Shown in pieces: positions 14,686 through 28,782 of a DNA stretch of 64,000 bases (the stretch's first letter is position 1; every line of letters starts with the position of its first letter). The position numbers and the translations under genes were made by a program. The notes under the pieces are model-generated. The model saw nothing but the letters and a program-made list of their open reading frames with translations, ran no database searches and was not told the DNA's origin. This DNA comes from Owenia fusiformis (lineage: Eukaryota): NCBI GenBank assembly GCA_903813345.2, contig CAIIXF020000001.1, positions 9,548,001 to 9,612,000 of the forward strand, given 5' to 3'.

Positions 14686-15120
14686 TTGCGTGTGATGTTA
14701 GAGTTACTTTACGTACAGAGATACTACCAACTCCCGAAAATGATGCTACTACCAGCATTGGTGTTTCTACAAATCTCAGTGCAACGACCGACATTCCAAA
14801 CATTACCACCTCAAACTCATCCCCATTCCCCAAAGTCACAACATTGTCCACCAGTAACGTCACCGCAAAGACAACAACCAAGGATCCGATGTGTAAGTAT
14901 CCTCCTGCACCTGACCCTGAAAGCCGCGCAAGACTCCACTGGTATATCTGCAACTGCTTACCAAGCAGGCTCTGTCCAGCCGAAGATATAATGAATGAAA
15001 CAAACAAAGATAAACTCCTTCGACATCAGCAAAGGAAGAATACATGGATTCGGGTAGACATGCCGACCGCCATTATAACCTTAGTCCTGTATAGCGCCAT
15101 GTGGATCTTGGGGGTTGGGG
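14686..15120 (+). CDS. Class A GPCR exon: Thr/Ser-rich N-terminus, Cys cluster and most of TM1
   Basis: Acceptor ttttccctttcag|. Open frame ACDVRVTLRTEILPTPENDATTS...DPMCKY...WYICNCLPSRLCP...AIITLVLYSAMWILGVG. Donor G|gtaagt, phase 1. Confidence 0.8.
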
Positions 15121-16079
15121 GTAAGTGACGTATTTACTTATCTCTCAATTCTTTTGCTGATATCAAAGCAGTAAAATAGTGTACTTCAGTATGCAATTTA
15201 ACTGACAGATTCAACCACATTGCTAATAAAAGTATGCACGCGAATTACCTTTCAGATTATTCAGAGATGCGCGTCACTGGTCTCTTTTTTTATTAACACT
15301 TTTCGCCCCTTATCTTATCGCGGAATGTCATCCTGTTCTTAAAAAGAATACAAATTGAGCTACAAATCAACTACATACTGAGTCGTTCATGAGTTATTGG
15401 ACTAAAGTACATCGAGACTGCATTTCATATCGCTTTTGTAATACCAATCATTATCACAAAAATACAATAATCTTTACCTGTGTTGAGAAGGCTTTTAAAA
15501 TAAATCAAGTTGCAATCACTATAGATTGGGATATAAATGTCATACATTTGCGGCGCGTGGATTTTATAGTTTTAATTTTACATTGGATTGCGCTAGTTTC
15601 CCTTGTCATCATGTAACTAGTGTTTGAAGTCTTGTATCACGTCCCCTCTCCCCCTCATCTTCTTCATTTCAATGTAGTGTTGAGGTGTGTAGAGGGACCT
15701 TGGAGCAAGATTAGTGTTTGTATCTCGAGCCCCATTCAATTTATCATCTCGCTTGCAGAATGCAGGTTCATATTTTATTTCTAATATTAAATCAAGGGCG
15801 CAAATCGAGCTCGTGTTGTTAGTTGTTAACTCAGAATGACTGCTTCTGACCGATGTAACATCAATGGCGTAGCTAGGATCAAAAACTGGTGAGGCAAATG
15901 TAAATAGGCGAGGCAAATTGAGGCTAAAGGAGATGTATTACTACCTTTTGACTTTCTTTCTACACTTTTAGTTGAAACAACGCCTGAATATAATTTCTGT
16001 AGAAATGCCCCGCCTGTATTATGCCTGGCTACGCTCTCATGTATCTCCTGGATGCCTGAATGTAACATGCTTTTTTCAG

Positions 16080-16201
16080 GTAACATACTTGTAATCATTA
16101 CGATCGTGAGATTTCTGAACAAGAAAAGTGTCACAAATATATTCCTGGCTAGTTTGGCATCAGCGGATCTGATGCTGTTGTTGCTGTGTTTACCTGTCAA
16201 G
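16080..16201 (+). CDS. GPCR exon: end of TM1 to TM2
   Basis: ttttttcag|GNILVIITIVRFLNKKSVTNIFLASLASADLMLLLLCLPVK|gtgagt, with the GN and LAxAD motifs. Confidence 0.93.
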
Positions 16202-16707
16202 GTGAGTACTTAATTTTCATAGTGACAATTATTTGAGCAGTGGGGCTATAAACAGGGCAGATATGACAAATACCCAACAACACAACTTGTCTGTCACAAC
16301 GATGAAACACTTGTACCCTGGAATCTATTAAATGTTATTCAATTCATCTAGTTGAGGATAATAAACACAAGGAGAGCAATAATGAGCTTGTACGGCTTAT
16401 TGTTCATTACTGTCTGATTTGAAAGAACAAAATGAAATTACTATAAATGCCTCTTTATATATATGGAGCCTCAAATAGGTCAATAGAATGCTCCCTGGGA
16501 GCCCAAAGTAGGTCGGTACTGATGCTAATGTAATCCTTTTAACCTACATAACATGTTAGTCATCCGCTTTGAACTAATGTAATATATCAACTAAAGAATC
16601 CTCCTTTCCTTCCGTCCTGTCTTTATTTGATATATAATCACAATCAATCGGTGCTGGTTTATGACAGTTTGCATATAGTGGAATCAGTTAGGACAATAAA
16701 ACCCTAG

Positions 16708-19700
16708 AATTGCACTTGCTATATATAAAGCACAATTTTTTGACAGAAGTATCATTGATACATATATATTCGATATCTAACGAAGTGGTATTGGAAAGTG
16801 GCCCCAGTTGATAATAGCAGCCCTCGAAGATTTTGCACATTTACATTGAGCCCCATGTTAATTTATCAATCTTCTCAAGACCCCCTGCAGAACAGTTCTA
16901 GAGTAATAAAGCCCATATTCCCAGTATGTTACAATTATATGATTATCTTCAAAATAAGAAGGGTTAAATTTTTTCTTTAGCCTAGTTCCAAAGATATTGA
17001 CGTTTGAATTTTGGAAAATCTCCATTGGCTGCCATTATAAACCACTATAAATATGGCTTTACTAAAGTGTTAATTTCTCAAAAAGTTTACAATGGAATTT
17101 TCTAATATTGCAGATTTCTATAGTTAATACATTGAATTTAAAAAAATCAAACAGACACATTTCTAAAAATTTCTTATTTTTGAAATACTTAACCGTTAAG
17201 TTGCGCAGGAAACTATAAAAAACCTATATTGAGCCCCATGTTAATTTATCAATCTTCAAAAGACCTCCTGCAGAACAGTTCTCTAGAGTAAAAAAGCCAA
17301 TATTCCTAGTATGTTACAATTTTACGATTATCTTTTAAATACAGAATGTAAAGTGTTTTCTTTCGCCTAGTTCAAAAGATATTGCCGTTTGAATTTTGGA
17401 AAATCCCCATTGGCTGCCATTATAAACCGCTATCAATATGGCTTTACTAAAGTGTCCTTTTCTCAAAAAGTCAACTAAGGAATTTTCTAATATTGCAGAT
17501 TTCTATAGTAAATATATTGAATTAAGTGATAACTTACTGAAATACTGGCAAAATGTTTTAGGCTTATCAGTCAAGCCAAGTAAGTAAGTCAACGTTCGAA
17601 AATAAAAATCTCAAAAATCGTACATCTTTGATTTCCAAAATAATTTGTGAGGTGGTTATTTAGATGATAATACACATTTTAACGCATTAATTTTGAGTAC
17701 ATCTCGAATCAATTCTCAACAAAGCGTTCTCGAAATAAGTGTTCGAAATGTTTGAGTTCGGGATGATAAAAATACGTTAAGATATACCGCTCCTTAACAA
17801 ACTCCTTCAGGAACAAGATATAGAATCAAATGCATATTCTTCCTATTTATTCCCTGACACATGCCAATAAATGTTGCATAAGTAAATATCTCCGTTTTAA
17901 AATTTATTGAAAACGTTGTTCTCTACAGGTGCCATTTTTTATAATTGAAAAACAAAATTGAACAATTTGCATTTCTAAATTGATAAGTTTCTTGGAATAC
18001 AACTTAACTGTAAACAATTTAAGTCATTAATAATATTTCCCTTAGTGAACCCATGCTGAATAGACAGTAACTGGGTCAATGTTTTGTGTTCAACCATGTT
18101 TTCATGACTTTTAAACATGAGTCGACGATTATGTAGGAAATTTCATTTTCAAATGTAAGCGTGTCAACTCCTGTTTTTGCACAATATTTTGCCCTTTATA
18201 ATGATAGATCGCCAAAATATGCATGTACCTCTCAATTAGGCGATATGTTTTTCAATTAATAGATGTAAACTATAAACTCAAACAAAAATTCAAACCACCC
18301 GCTCTATTATTTTGATTACACAAGACGAAATTTCCACTCCCGGGGAGCACTTTGGGATCACTTTGAAGGAGGATTCTTGAAAAATCGTTCGAATTTTCAC
18401 AAAAGGTTTCATGTAATTTTATTGCTTTGTTTAAGCATCGAATTATAGCATACTCAAATCCGATACCATAATTATGAATCAAAATGAAACATTAAATTCA
18501 CCAGGTTAAATAATAAACCGTTTCGAGAATTGATGATTTGAGTTAATTGTGGATATTTATATAAATGTAAGTTGGCATGTATTCGACAGTTAATGTACAC
18601 ACATGATGTATGCATCAACGTGTGACTTAAATATCAATTCGTGACTATCACATTTGGCTTCCAAAAATTAAGTTGGAAATTACAGTGGTAGGAGATTAAC
18701 GAAAACGTCAATCACATCCAAATATCCGTACGACGTCAAGTATTAACAAAACACTTTTCGTGCATCTCGAACATGGCAAGGTTCTGTTATCCAGCAATGT
18801 GCATTTCGAAAGAAAAAAATTCACAAATATCAACAAATTTCATTGAGTAGGATATCACATTCGAAATCACAACTTTCAAATTATTTTTTATAACCGAGAA
18901 TTGTAAGAACTTGAAACATGTTGTGAGTTTTTCAAACGACATATCCTCATTCACGTTCTTTGACAAGGATGAATCCATTTGAAAACATGGATTTTCTTGA
19001 TTATTCTTCAAAACTACCCTTGAAATATAAGTATGTAGGATATTACAGTGTAAATTGACACGCATTTGTTTGCTCGATATCCTGAACAAATGAATGCAGT
19101 ACCGTCTTGCAATATTTGAAAACCGAAAGTTCATTCTGTATGTAAACAAGAAAAAATACATTTATGGTTGGTTCATAAAGAAAAATGACGAATAACATAT
19201 ATCTTTTGAAGTAGGGGTATACAGGGACACAGTGGAAAATCAGAAATTTAGGTCATATCCCAAAGATTGCTTCACCAATATGTAACAGAACATCAAAATT
19301 ATCATTTACACGTTTGCTGATAGGTTTATTGAAAATGATTAACCAGAGGTTTACTTCAATTGTGGCACCATTCTTAGTAAATATTGATGAACATACGAAT
19401 ATCGAATGTTGACTAAGTAACTTGTCTTGACCGTTATGCCATTATAGCACTAATAGCCGTAAGACCTCTGCTAGAGAGGGAATTTCCAATATGGCTGTTC
19501 AATTGAAAATGTCTGCTATTTTCTGCTATTTTGGATTATTTTTTTTATAATCCGACTTCAATTTATTTCGCCTATTGATTTCTTTGAAGGAGTTCATTCC
19601 ATAAATAAATAAAATTATAAGATGCACGATTTTTGCTATTTTGTAATGAAATAATCATTGTACATGTTGACAGGGATTCATTTTATCTTTTGAAACAATT

Positions 19701-20896
19701 AAGTATGAATAAAACAACATTTAGTTTACAAACTTGAAAGACATCAATATATCTATTTTACTTGAAAGGCGATGCTGTTGGCGTAAGTTTCTGATATTAA
19801 GTCCTAAACATTGGGTCAAACATTGTACCGTATATTTATTTTCAAAATATGTGATTTAAATCATTTTCAGAGCATTTAAGATGTGATGATAAATGTTTTG
19901 ACCCTTCTTATATTTTGAAGATAATCATGCTATTGTAACACAATAGCAATATGGCTTTATTACTCTAGAACTGTTCTGAGGGTGGTCTTTTGAAGATTAA
20001 TTAAAATTAACATGGGGCATAGGTTTTCTATGGTTTTGTGTGCAACTTAACGGCTAAATATTTCAAAAGTAAGAATTTTTTAGAATTGTGTCTGTTTTTT
20101 TAAATTCAATGTATTAACAATAGAAATCTGCAATATTAGAAAATTTCATAGTAATCTTTTTGAGAAATCGACACTTTAGTAAAGCCATATTGATAACGGT
20201 TTATAATGGGAGTCAATAGGAATTTTCCAAAATTCAAAAGCCAATATCTTTGGAAACTAGGAAAAAATAAAAATTTAACCCTTCTTATTTTAGAAATAAT
20301 CATGTTATTGGAATAAACCAGCAATATGTGCTTTATTACTCTAGAACTGCTCTGGCGTCGGTCTTTTGAAGATTGATAAATTAACATGGGGCTCAATATA
20401 GGATTTCTATAGTTTCGTGTGCAACCTAATGGCTAAATATTTCAAAAATAGGAAATTTTTAGAAATGTGTCTGTTTGATTTGTTTAAATGCAATATATTA
20501 ACAATAGAAGTCTGCAATATTAGAAAATTCCATTGTGGACTTTTTGAGAAAAGGACACTTTAGTAAAGCCATGTTGATTGTGGTTTATAATGGCAGCCAA
20601 TGGAGATTTTCCAAAATTCAAACGTCGATATCTTTGGAACTAGGGAAAAGAAAAAATTTAATTATATAATTGTAACATACTGGGAATATGGGCTTTATTA
20701 CTCTAGAACTGTTCTGCAGGGGGTCTTTAGAAGATTGATAAATTAACACGGGGCTCAATGTAAAAATGCAAAATTTTCAAGGGCTGCTATTATTAAATGG
20801 GGACACTTTTCATTACCACTTCGTTAGATATCAAATTTATATGTATTAAGGATACTTTGGTCAAAAAATGGTGCTTTATATATAGCAAGTGCAATT
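16708..20896. mobile_element. Foldback-like element of ~4.2 kb with ~0.8-1 kb TIRs built from ~360-380 bp tandem units
   Basis: aattgcacttgctatatataaagcac ... gtgctttatatatagcaagtgcaatt. The arms are ~16708-17520 and ~19900-20896. An internal unit repeats at 16846/17228 and, inverted, at ~20390/20750. Confidence 0.85.
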
Positions 20897-22139
20897 GAAC
20901 AGCTAACTGGCCCCACTAATACGTATGCTTACAATATTCCTGGTTGTGCTATGTCCCCGTCTCTCATGGTGGCAGGCATATTGTCAGACTATTTGCGTTT
21001 ATCTGTCCGTCCAAAATAGTTTGATAGATTGCTTGACAATCACCGTGAAAAATGGTCTAGTTTGTAGTATCAAACTATTTCTTTAAAAAACGTATAGTTT
21101 GCGTTTCACCTAAAATATTGGCGAGAATAGGCTCTCCCATATTCCTAAACGGAACACTTTCATATAAGTCGTGATATACTAGAGGTATAGTACTCTTCGG
21201 TACCCCCATATAAACTGAAATAAGTTGCAGAGTATATATCTTTACTGAACTATATTCCACTTATACTGTACGTATGGATCAAACCTACTATATGCGGTGA
21301 TAGTCAACTTATATTAAACAAAGACAGACTATTTTAAACTATTCTTGACTTATTCTTTTCTTGCCCCCCCCCCCCAAAATAAACTATACCGTCTCTTATA
21401 TGCAGTATTACGTAATAACTTCAGTTATCTATCATGATAATTATACTGTTATACATAAAATATACTAGTGATAATCCATGCCACATGGTGAAGTCACAAA
21501 ACTTGTATGAGGATTAATCAGGAAGTCTAGAAGTAGTTCCAGCAAACAAAATGGTGGACATAAAATATTTATAAGAAACTATGGTTTGAGCTTTATCATA
21601 CTCTAACAAAGCAAGAAGTGCACATTTTCATGCTCCTTCGATGTTCCTTGGTAAGGTAAGATGATTTGTGGAAATTTTGGATTCTTGCAAATGTGTCACT
21701 GTTGCAATCCTACTCCTTGAAACTTTCAAAAATTAGCCTCATTTCATGGTCTTCATGCTAGCTTAGTGGACCCATGCACCTCCAATTCATAGTTATGAAA
21801 AATGCGTTTAAATCTGAAGTTTTCTTGGACATGTCTCTTTAGTCAGAAAATGCATTCACATATAAAGATAACAGATACACAAAATCTTGTGACTTCATCA
21901 AAAAAATATGGCTGCCAGTTTTTTGTACTTTTGATTAACTTTAGCGCTACCTTAAAAAGGGGGACTATAATCCCTGGGGGACCATAATTTCTTTCACACC
22001 GGGTTTACTCCATGGTTTCCTGTCACATTGAATGATATATTAGACGAGTCAGACGACATTTCAATAATCATCAGCACGTTCCAACCTTCCCGATTTAAGT
22101 TAAATTATTTTTCTGGTCATTCCACCAGACAAAACGCAT

Positions 22140-22264
22140 AAATGTAAATTTGGTATTACATAAATTTATGACGCACATGCTAGAATATTTCACATGCTAG
22201 AATATATATATTCTAGCATGTGAAAACATGCGTCATAAATTTATGTAATACCAAATTTACATTT
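22140..22264. repeat. Near-perfect palindrome (~125 bp)
   Basis: aaatgtaaatttggtattacataaatttatgacgca ... cacatgctagaatatatatattctagcatgtg ... tgcgtcataaatttatgtaataccaaatttacattt. Confidence 0.85.
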
Positions 22265-23762
22265 GATATACGTGTACTGTATGGAGACCATATGAGGTCT
22301 GTAGCTTCCAAAATCAAGATAAATATAATGCAACAAAATAAAGGGATACGGTAAACCGTACGATGCAATTTTCCATGTTGATTTTGTAGAGCTATGGTCG
22401 CCATGCGTCCGCCGTAGATCAAATGTGCCTGAGATTTTGAGCTTAATTTTACACACTTTTGTTTAGAATTGGACCATATTGTTGCTTTTTAAGCCGGTGC
22501 TATTTGACATAGGTTTGCTTTTCATTTCACAAACATATTCACAAAGGCGCTTGATTCGGTATAATTTGATAATTATTAAATTAAATAATAAAGAAATAAA
22601 AAACAGGTATATTTTACACTTATTGCCACTGCTTCATCTGACAAATCGATGATTCGCTTTGAGCAAATTGGTGGCAAGAGCAAACTGATGAAAATAACAT
22701 TTTGACATATCAGAGCATTACGGTTTGCTTACATGTACATGAACCTTTTATCCCTAATTATTCAATTTCTATGAAATGAGTTTCGTTTACATCAATAATT
22801 AATCCGTTTGTTACAGTTAATGGATTAATTTCTACAGCCGATGGGTCTAATTTTCACAAAAGATAATTTAATGTCGTCCTTATTATCCCACCGAACGAGG
22901 CTCGCACGGATGCGAGTATAGAGAAGTCGTCCATTCGTTCCTTCGTTCGTGTGTCATGGCGATAACTCAAATACCGGTTGACAGATTTGGTTAGCATATT
23001 GGTTAATTTACTAAGCATATGAATGTTATGTAAATAATGCATACCAATTATTTGAAAATATGATTTCTGACTTATATAATAAATGCTTGCCTTTGCAAAT
23101 TAAAACTATAAAGGTGTACACTACTAAGTACATGTAATTCAAGTAAACCATGGTTAACCACTGGTCTGATTACATCCTGCAAAATTAAAAATAAGCTCTA
23201 TCGCTACATGAAATATCAATCTTTAGAAACACTTGAAAAATATTCGACCTTCTGTAAATAGATATTATGTAGCTAAAGGAGTGGTATCGATATGGAGAAC
23301 TGAATTCACCAATGTTTTTCTCTTAAACCAATCATTGAAAACATTCTGTAAAAAACACGGTATTTTATGTGTAATGTTGACGACTGATTGACAACAATTT
23401 AATGCGAAAATTATTTAGAAATATTTTCTAAAACTGTTTTTGTTAACATTTTTTGGTTTTTAGTGCAATTGTTTTTGCTCCTTTCTACCAATTCTTGAGA
23501 ATGAAATAAAATGTCTTTCCGAACCTTGTTGGAACAAAATAGCATATACAACATGTTTTTAGACCTCTCAATATTTTTTGATGACTGGTTTAAGAGAAAC
23601 GTGTGTTCAAAAAGTTCGCCATATCGATACCCATCCTTTGATATATAATATGCTTGGAAACTATTAGCATATTTCATAATGACATTTTAAGAATGTATAT
23701 TCCCTTTGAATGTAACGATTTTTGTTCATAATGCTATATGAATTATCTTCTGATTTAACCAG

Positions 23763-23884
23763 GCATCGGAGTTTATTTATGAGGCGTGGCTGTTGGGGGA
23801 CGTGGCCTGTAAAATCGTGTACTATGTGCGAGATGTCTCGTTCGCATGTTCCATAATGACACTAACTGCAATGTGCTTTGAAAG
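23763..23884 (+). CDS. GPCR exon: ECL1 to TM3
   Basis: ag|ASEFIYEAWLLGDVACKIVYYVRDVSFACSIMTLTAMCFE-AG|gtgggt, with the WxxGxxxCK motif; phase 2. Confidence 0.93.
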
Positions 23885-26502
23885 GTGGGTACTTTATTTC
23901 TTATTTTATTGATCAGCTCCGTTTGTGTCTCCTCAAGGTAAATGGTTTCCCAAGGACCATGATAGTATTAGTTGAGCAACCTAGAGTTACAAAGATGCTC
24001 CTTTTGGGTCAAGTAAGACACAATTTACCCCAAAGGCAGTTATTAATCCCGAGGTTCAAATACATCGTGATCATTATAACGCTAGGAGTGTCAATCTTAT
24101 GAATCTAAACATTTTGATTGTGTATCTGTTTTCTTTATTCTGACTGATTAAAATGGGATATACTCAATCATGTAACCCATGAGTATGTACGCCTCTTTTT
24201 GGGCAATCAATGTGGAACACATCTGTGGAAGACCTAGACATACAGGGTGGTCCAAAAAAGTGAACTGTTGCAACAGGCTATATTTCCCTTATTACCAGCT
24301 GGAATCCATTCATATTTTCACATATTGTAGATTAAGGTCTAAACTTTTTGTTGGTACTATCCTTTTACGAAGTCTTGAAATTTGAAACTATAAGCCCTAA
24401 CCAAACATCACTGAAAATCGATAAAATGTGAACTTCAACGTTTGCAATTCTTCAACCCTTCAATAATCTTCCTGGGAAAATCTTTTTAGCTGCAGTCTGA
24501 AAAACCTAATGTTTTCTGACTTTGTTTGGTTTTGAATCCCACACATGATGGTGTAAAAATAGCCTTCTCATATTTTGGGTCACATGGGGTAACTTTCCCC
24601 CCCTCCTCTAACCGTTTGTGTAGGTAACATGTTCTGTTCAGTTCAGTTCAAAAATTTTAGACCTTTCTCTACAAGATGTGATAATATGAGCTAATAACCC
24701 TGATGCGAGTAGAAATAATCTTGATTTACTTCATTAAAAAGTAATATCATATTTGAAATCTACATGTAAAATTACATCTAGAAATGTGGTTTTAAAAAGT
24801 GTTTATCAACTTTGAAAAATTAATTTTCTTTGAAAATGTGACTTCTAGCTTGGGGAGATTCCCCATAGACCCCATGCTGTAAAATCACAAAAAATGAAAT
24901 ATCTTTTCTTTTAGTGGACAGATAATATTTTGCTTTACTGGACATATTTTCATTAGTATAAGTATCAGGCACATAAGGGTTCTATGAAAATTGAGCCACT
25001 TAAATTGATAATATTCAAGTTTAAGGGAACTTTCTTATATACCTGCCATGTTAATTGACCCGAATCAGCCACCTGGTGGTGAAACTGGTACCTACTCGCA
25101 TTTGGGTAATTCATGCATGTGTTAAGTAAAATATATTTTTGGGGTACCAATATTATATATTTTTAGTCACATGATATCTGATTGACCAATGAGAGAACGA
25201 GTATCGAAGCTTGGTCGAACATTTTCTGGGGGTGTCTGAAAATGTTTGGATGATGTTTCTTCATACATTGTTTGCAAAGGCCAATTTGCGCACAAGCTTA
25301 CGTTTTACTTTGTCGAAATTCTTTAATTCTATGAATGTAGTAGTACAAACCTGCTTCAGAAACATCACACACGTCCAAAATGGGATAAAAATCATTACTG
25401 GATATAACAAGGATGCTGAGTAGAAAATGGCGCTCGGGGTAATATTTTCTGGCTTTCTGTGTTTATCTTACATTATATATAAAAGGGCATCTCACTGTTT
25501 CATATTACATGCGTCATTCCTAAGATTAGTCAAGAGCAATATAAAGATACTTGTTAAAAAGATGAGTGTGACAATGAAGGACAGACGTCGAAAGCACAGT
25601 CCTTTGTCATTATATGTATATCCAGAAAAAATATATAAAAAATATCAAAAATATCAAAAAAATCCTTTTTTGATTTTCTTTTTTTTGACATATCATGAGT
25701 TTATGGAATCTATGGAATTCCTTTTTTATTTATTTTCATCATTTTGATACACAAGTTTATGGTATTTATTGAGTTCATTTTTGTTTTGTTTTTACTCCCA
25801 TATTCATTGTCTTGTTGGGATGTTTCGATGGAATTAATTTTTTGACTTTTTGATATTTTTGACACACAAGTTTATGGTATTTATGGAATTCATTTTATTG
25901 ATTTTTTTGATTTTTGACACCCATATTCATGGTATTGTTGGGTTGTTTTGACATAGTTTCATGGTCTTGATGGACACCAAACGTGTGGTATTTACAAAAA
26001 CAGAGATGAAAATTGTAAACTAATTGACTTCACAAATGAGCCATTTTGAGTCAAATGTAATCTTAAATTTTTTATTATGAAATACATGTAACTTATTTGA
26101 TCGTTTGAATTCGGAACAATACTACCCACGCTACCTTATATTAGAGATAACAATGAAGTTACTGATCAATTGTAAAAGACACATTAACCTTCACTACATC
26201 AACTGCATCTTTTCAGATTCTGATAGCTGAAACAAAAGTCGCTAGAACCGATCAATTTGGCCAGCACTGATTTATTTAAATAATTTCACTTTGATCCGAA
26301 AGTAAATTGATAAATGTAATTATCTTCCTGTAAAACACTATTTGTAAATCGGCTATTCACTTTAGCTTTATCAACATGATAAAAAGCACAAGGAAACACA
26401 CAGTTAAAAAGCCCTGCGTTATACTCCAGGTTAACCTTAGACTGGTGGTACGTATATGTAGATAGACACGTGAAGTTGTCAGTCGCCTCATACCTGGTAT
26501 AA

Positions 26503-27948
26503 CCCTAATGTGTACAGGGGGACCCCCCATCCGGATTTTCCCCCGGTACTTCTCTGCCAAGAAAAACTATTTTTATAACCGTAGTACCTATACCTACAAA
26601 TTAAAGATCATTTTTGGTGCAAAAGTCGAGGTGATCGGTGGTAATTTGGCTGAGTTAGGATGGTGGGAACTTGGGAATTTTTTCAGAAATTGCTTGAAAA
26701 TCAAAGAATAAAAATACAAGCTGGTTCTTTTTACTTTCTTTTGGATAAAGACCATAGAATGGTAAATACCCTTTCATCCAGGCCATATTACAAGGTAATC
26801 TGACTTTTATTGACTGAGATACGAAGTTTTCAATATTATATTGTGGTCCGCTACTCGCGTTTCGATCAAAAAAATTGAGTAAAAATTGATAACTAGTGAT
26901 CACATATCCATGAATTTTTTTCTGGATGGTCCTGAAGATGATTGTCAGATGCCTGCAAAACAATATAACCATATCTTAACCAATATTTTATAATATTTCT
27001 TTTTGAAGAAATAATCTTTTGTCTCCCCTACCCCAAGATTTTTCCGTTTCGCTGGTATTAGTCATTTTTCCATCTTAATATGCATATAATTTACAAACTT
27101 GAGAATATGTATGCATCGAAATATTACACAATCATTTGAAGTATGTAAAAAACAAGTAGGAAAGAGTAAATTGTATTTGAAGTTCTAGTCTTTGAGAAAA
27201 AAGTTCTGTCATCTCGGGTGGCTTTATTTATTAACTTTTTTTCTTAAATCAGTAAATATAGAGCCAAACATGAGATTCTATGAGATATTTTGATTATGTA
27301 CCAGTAGAAACATATGGCGTCTATAATTACAAGCAAAATAAACCATGAAAATATGTCAATGCTGCAAATTTTGGCTCAAATACACTTATTTTCAACACGC
27401 GAGATTGCGTTTTCGCTGGCCGAGATGCACTAAAAACAATTTTTTCATCTAATACGCAACCAATATCCAAAATTATTGCGCTATATTATAGAAAGAGGTA
27501 TGTCCTATGAGGTGATTTTTAAAATAATATTATTTATTCAGTATCTTAGGTCCTGGACTGTGATTTGTCTCCAATTCCCCCATTTTTAGATATTTCATTT
27601 CGTCAGACTTTCGAATTGGATCTAGGATAGGTAGTATATTTACCCACGGTTTTTTGTCCTAAAAAGGTAGATACTATATACACCTATTACATTTAGTACC
27701 CATTTCTGGCTAAAATACATTATATGATGTTTTTTAATGAAAAAAGTAAAGCTCACCCATATGTTCCTCTGACCTACTTTTGACCCCATTTGACTTACAT
27801 TTTTGAGATTTTAATAGATCCCCTCGAGAGTTTTGAATAACCTACAATGTGGTACCGTACCTCTTACTGTACCTCTTCAACTTTTGTCATCCGAACCCCC
27901 CCCCCCCTGTACATTAATGTTATGAAAAATACGTTGTACACATTAGGG
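26503..27948. mobile_element. piggyBac-like non-autonomous element with ATAA target duplication
   Basis: ATAA-CCCTAATGTGTACA ... TGTACACATTAGGG-ATAA (14-bp perfect TIR), plus a subterminal inverted copy near 27890-27915. Confidence 0.75.
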
Positions 27949-28130
27949 ATAAGGTAGTTGTTCACCTGTAGGGATGATATGGTAAATATTCCTTGGATTA
28001 TATCGATATTTCCCTCGGCCACCAGGTTCTCTCAGAAAATATTGATATCATCCTTGTGATACTCCCCATATCAAATCCCTCCTGGTAAAAATCTCTTGTT
28101 TGCTACATTTTTATCAATTATTCTATTCAG

Positions 28131-28254
28131 ATATTTTGCCATATGTGACCCGATGAAAGCGCATTACATCAGCACACCTGGCAGAGCAAGAAAAACTGTG
28201 ATTGTAGTTTGGCTTTTGTCATTTATCAGTGTTATTCCGAGTCTACTGATAATG
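28131..28254 (+). CDS. GPCR exon: ERY motif, ICL2 and TM4
   Basis: ttctattcag|(R)YFAICDPMKAHYISTPGRARKTVIVVWLLSFISVIPSLLIM|gtaaga. Confidence 0.93.
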
Positions 28255-28579
28255 GTAAGATAAATTCATCGTTTTGTTCAGTTGATTTGTGGTCGTTAGC
28301 TTTGCTCCTGATAATACCTTCTTCAAGTGTTTGAGACAGATTGTACATTAACCTTTTAGAAAAAACAATACTTTAGCTTTGCTATAATGAACATGGTCAC
28401 GGATGTTCTGTAAGATATTCTAATAGACTCAACTCGTCGAAGTAACAATGATGTATTTCTGTTTACTTAGAGAATTTTCAAACAATTAGTCTGGGGTCTT
28501 TTTAGTCTAATGAAGGCTCCTGAATGTATTCAAATAGTGACACATAGCATTCTATTTACAAAACACTTTACTTCTCAAG

Positions 28580-28782
28580 GAGACAGCCCCAACTGAATAT
28601 GAAGGAGAAGAAGTGTGTCGCACGGCCAGTGACATTAAGATTCTTTATATGCACCTTTACGCCAACTATCTTCTTGGTATATTCCTGGTTGCACCATTTG
28701 TGTTTATGATCTATGCGTATGGACGCACGTGTTATGAGCTTTGGGTCAGCACGAGGAATGCACAACGCATGAGCGGACTCAG
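28580..28782 (+). CDS. GPCR exon: ECL2 and TM5
   Basis: cttctcaag|ETAPTEYEGEEVCRTASD...LLGIFLVAPFVFMIYAYGRTCYELW...SGL-AG|gtgggt. Confidence 0.88.

Noticed and set aside
15826-16200. 124-aa minus-strand ORF (similarly 53877-54092, 55930-56130 and 44048-44293)
   Set aside because: Antisense shadows of real + strand exons.
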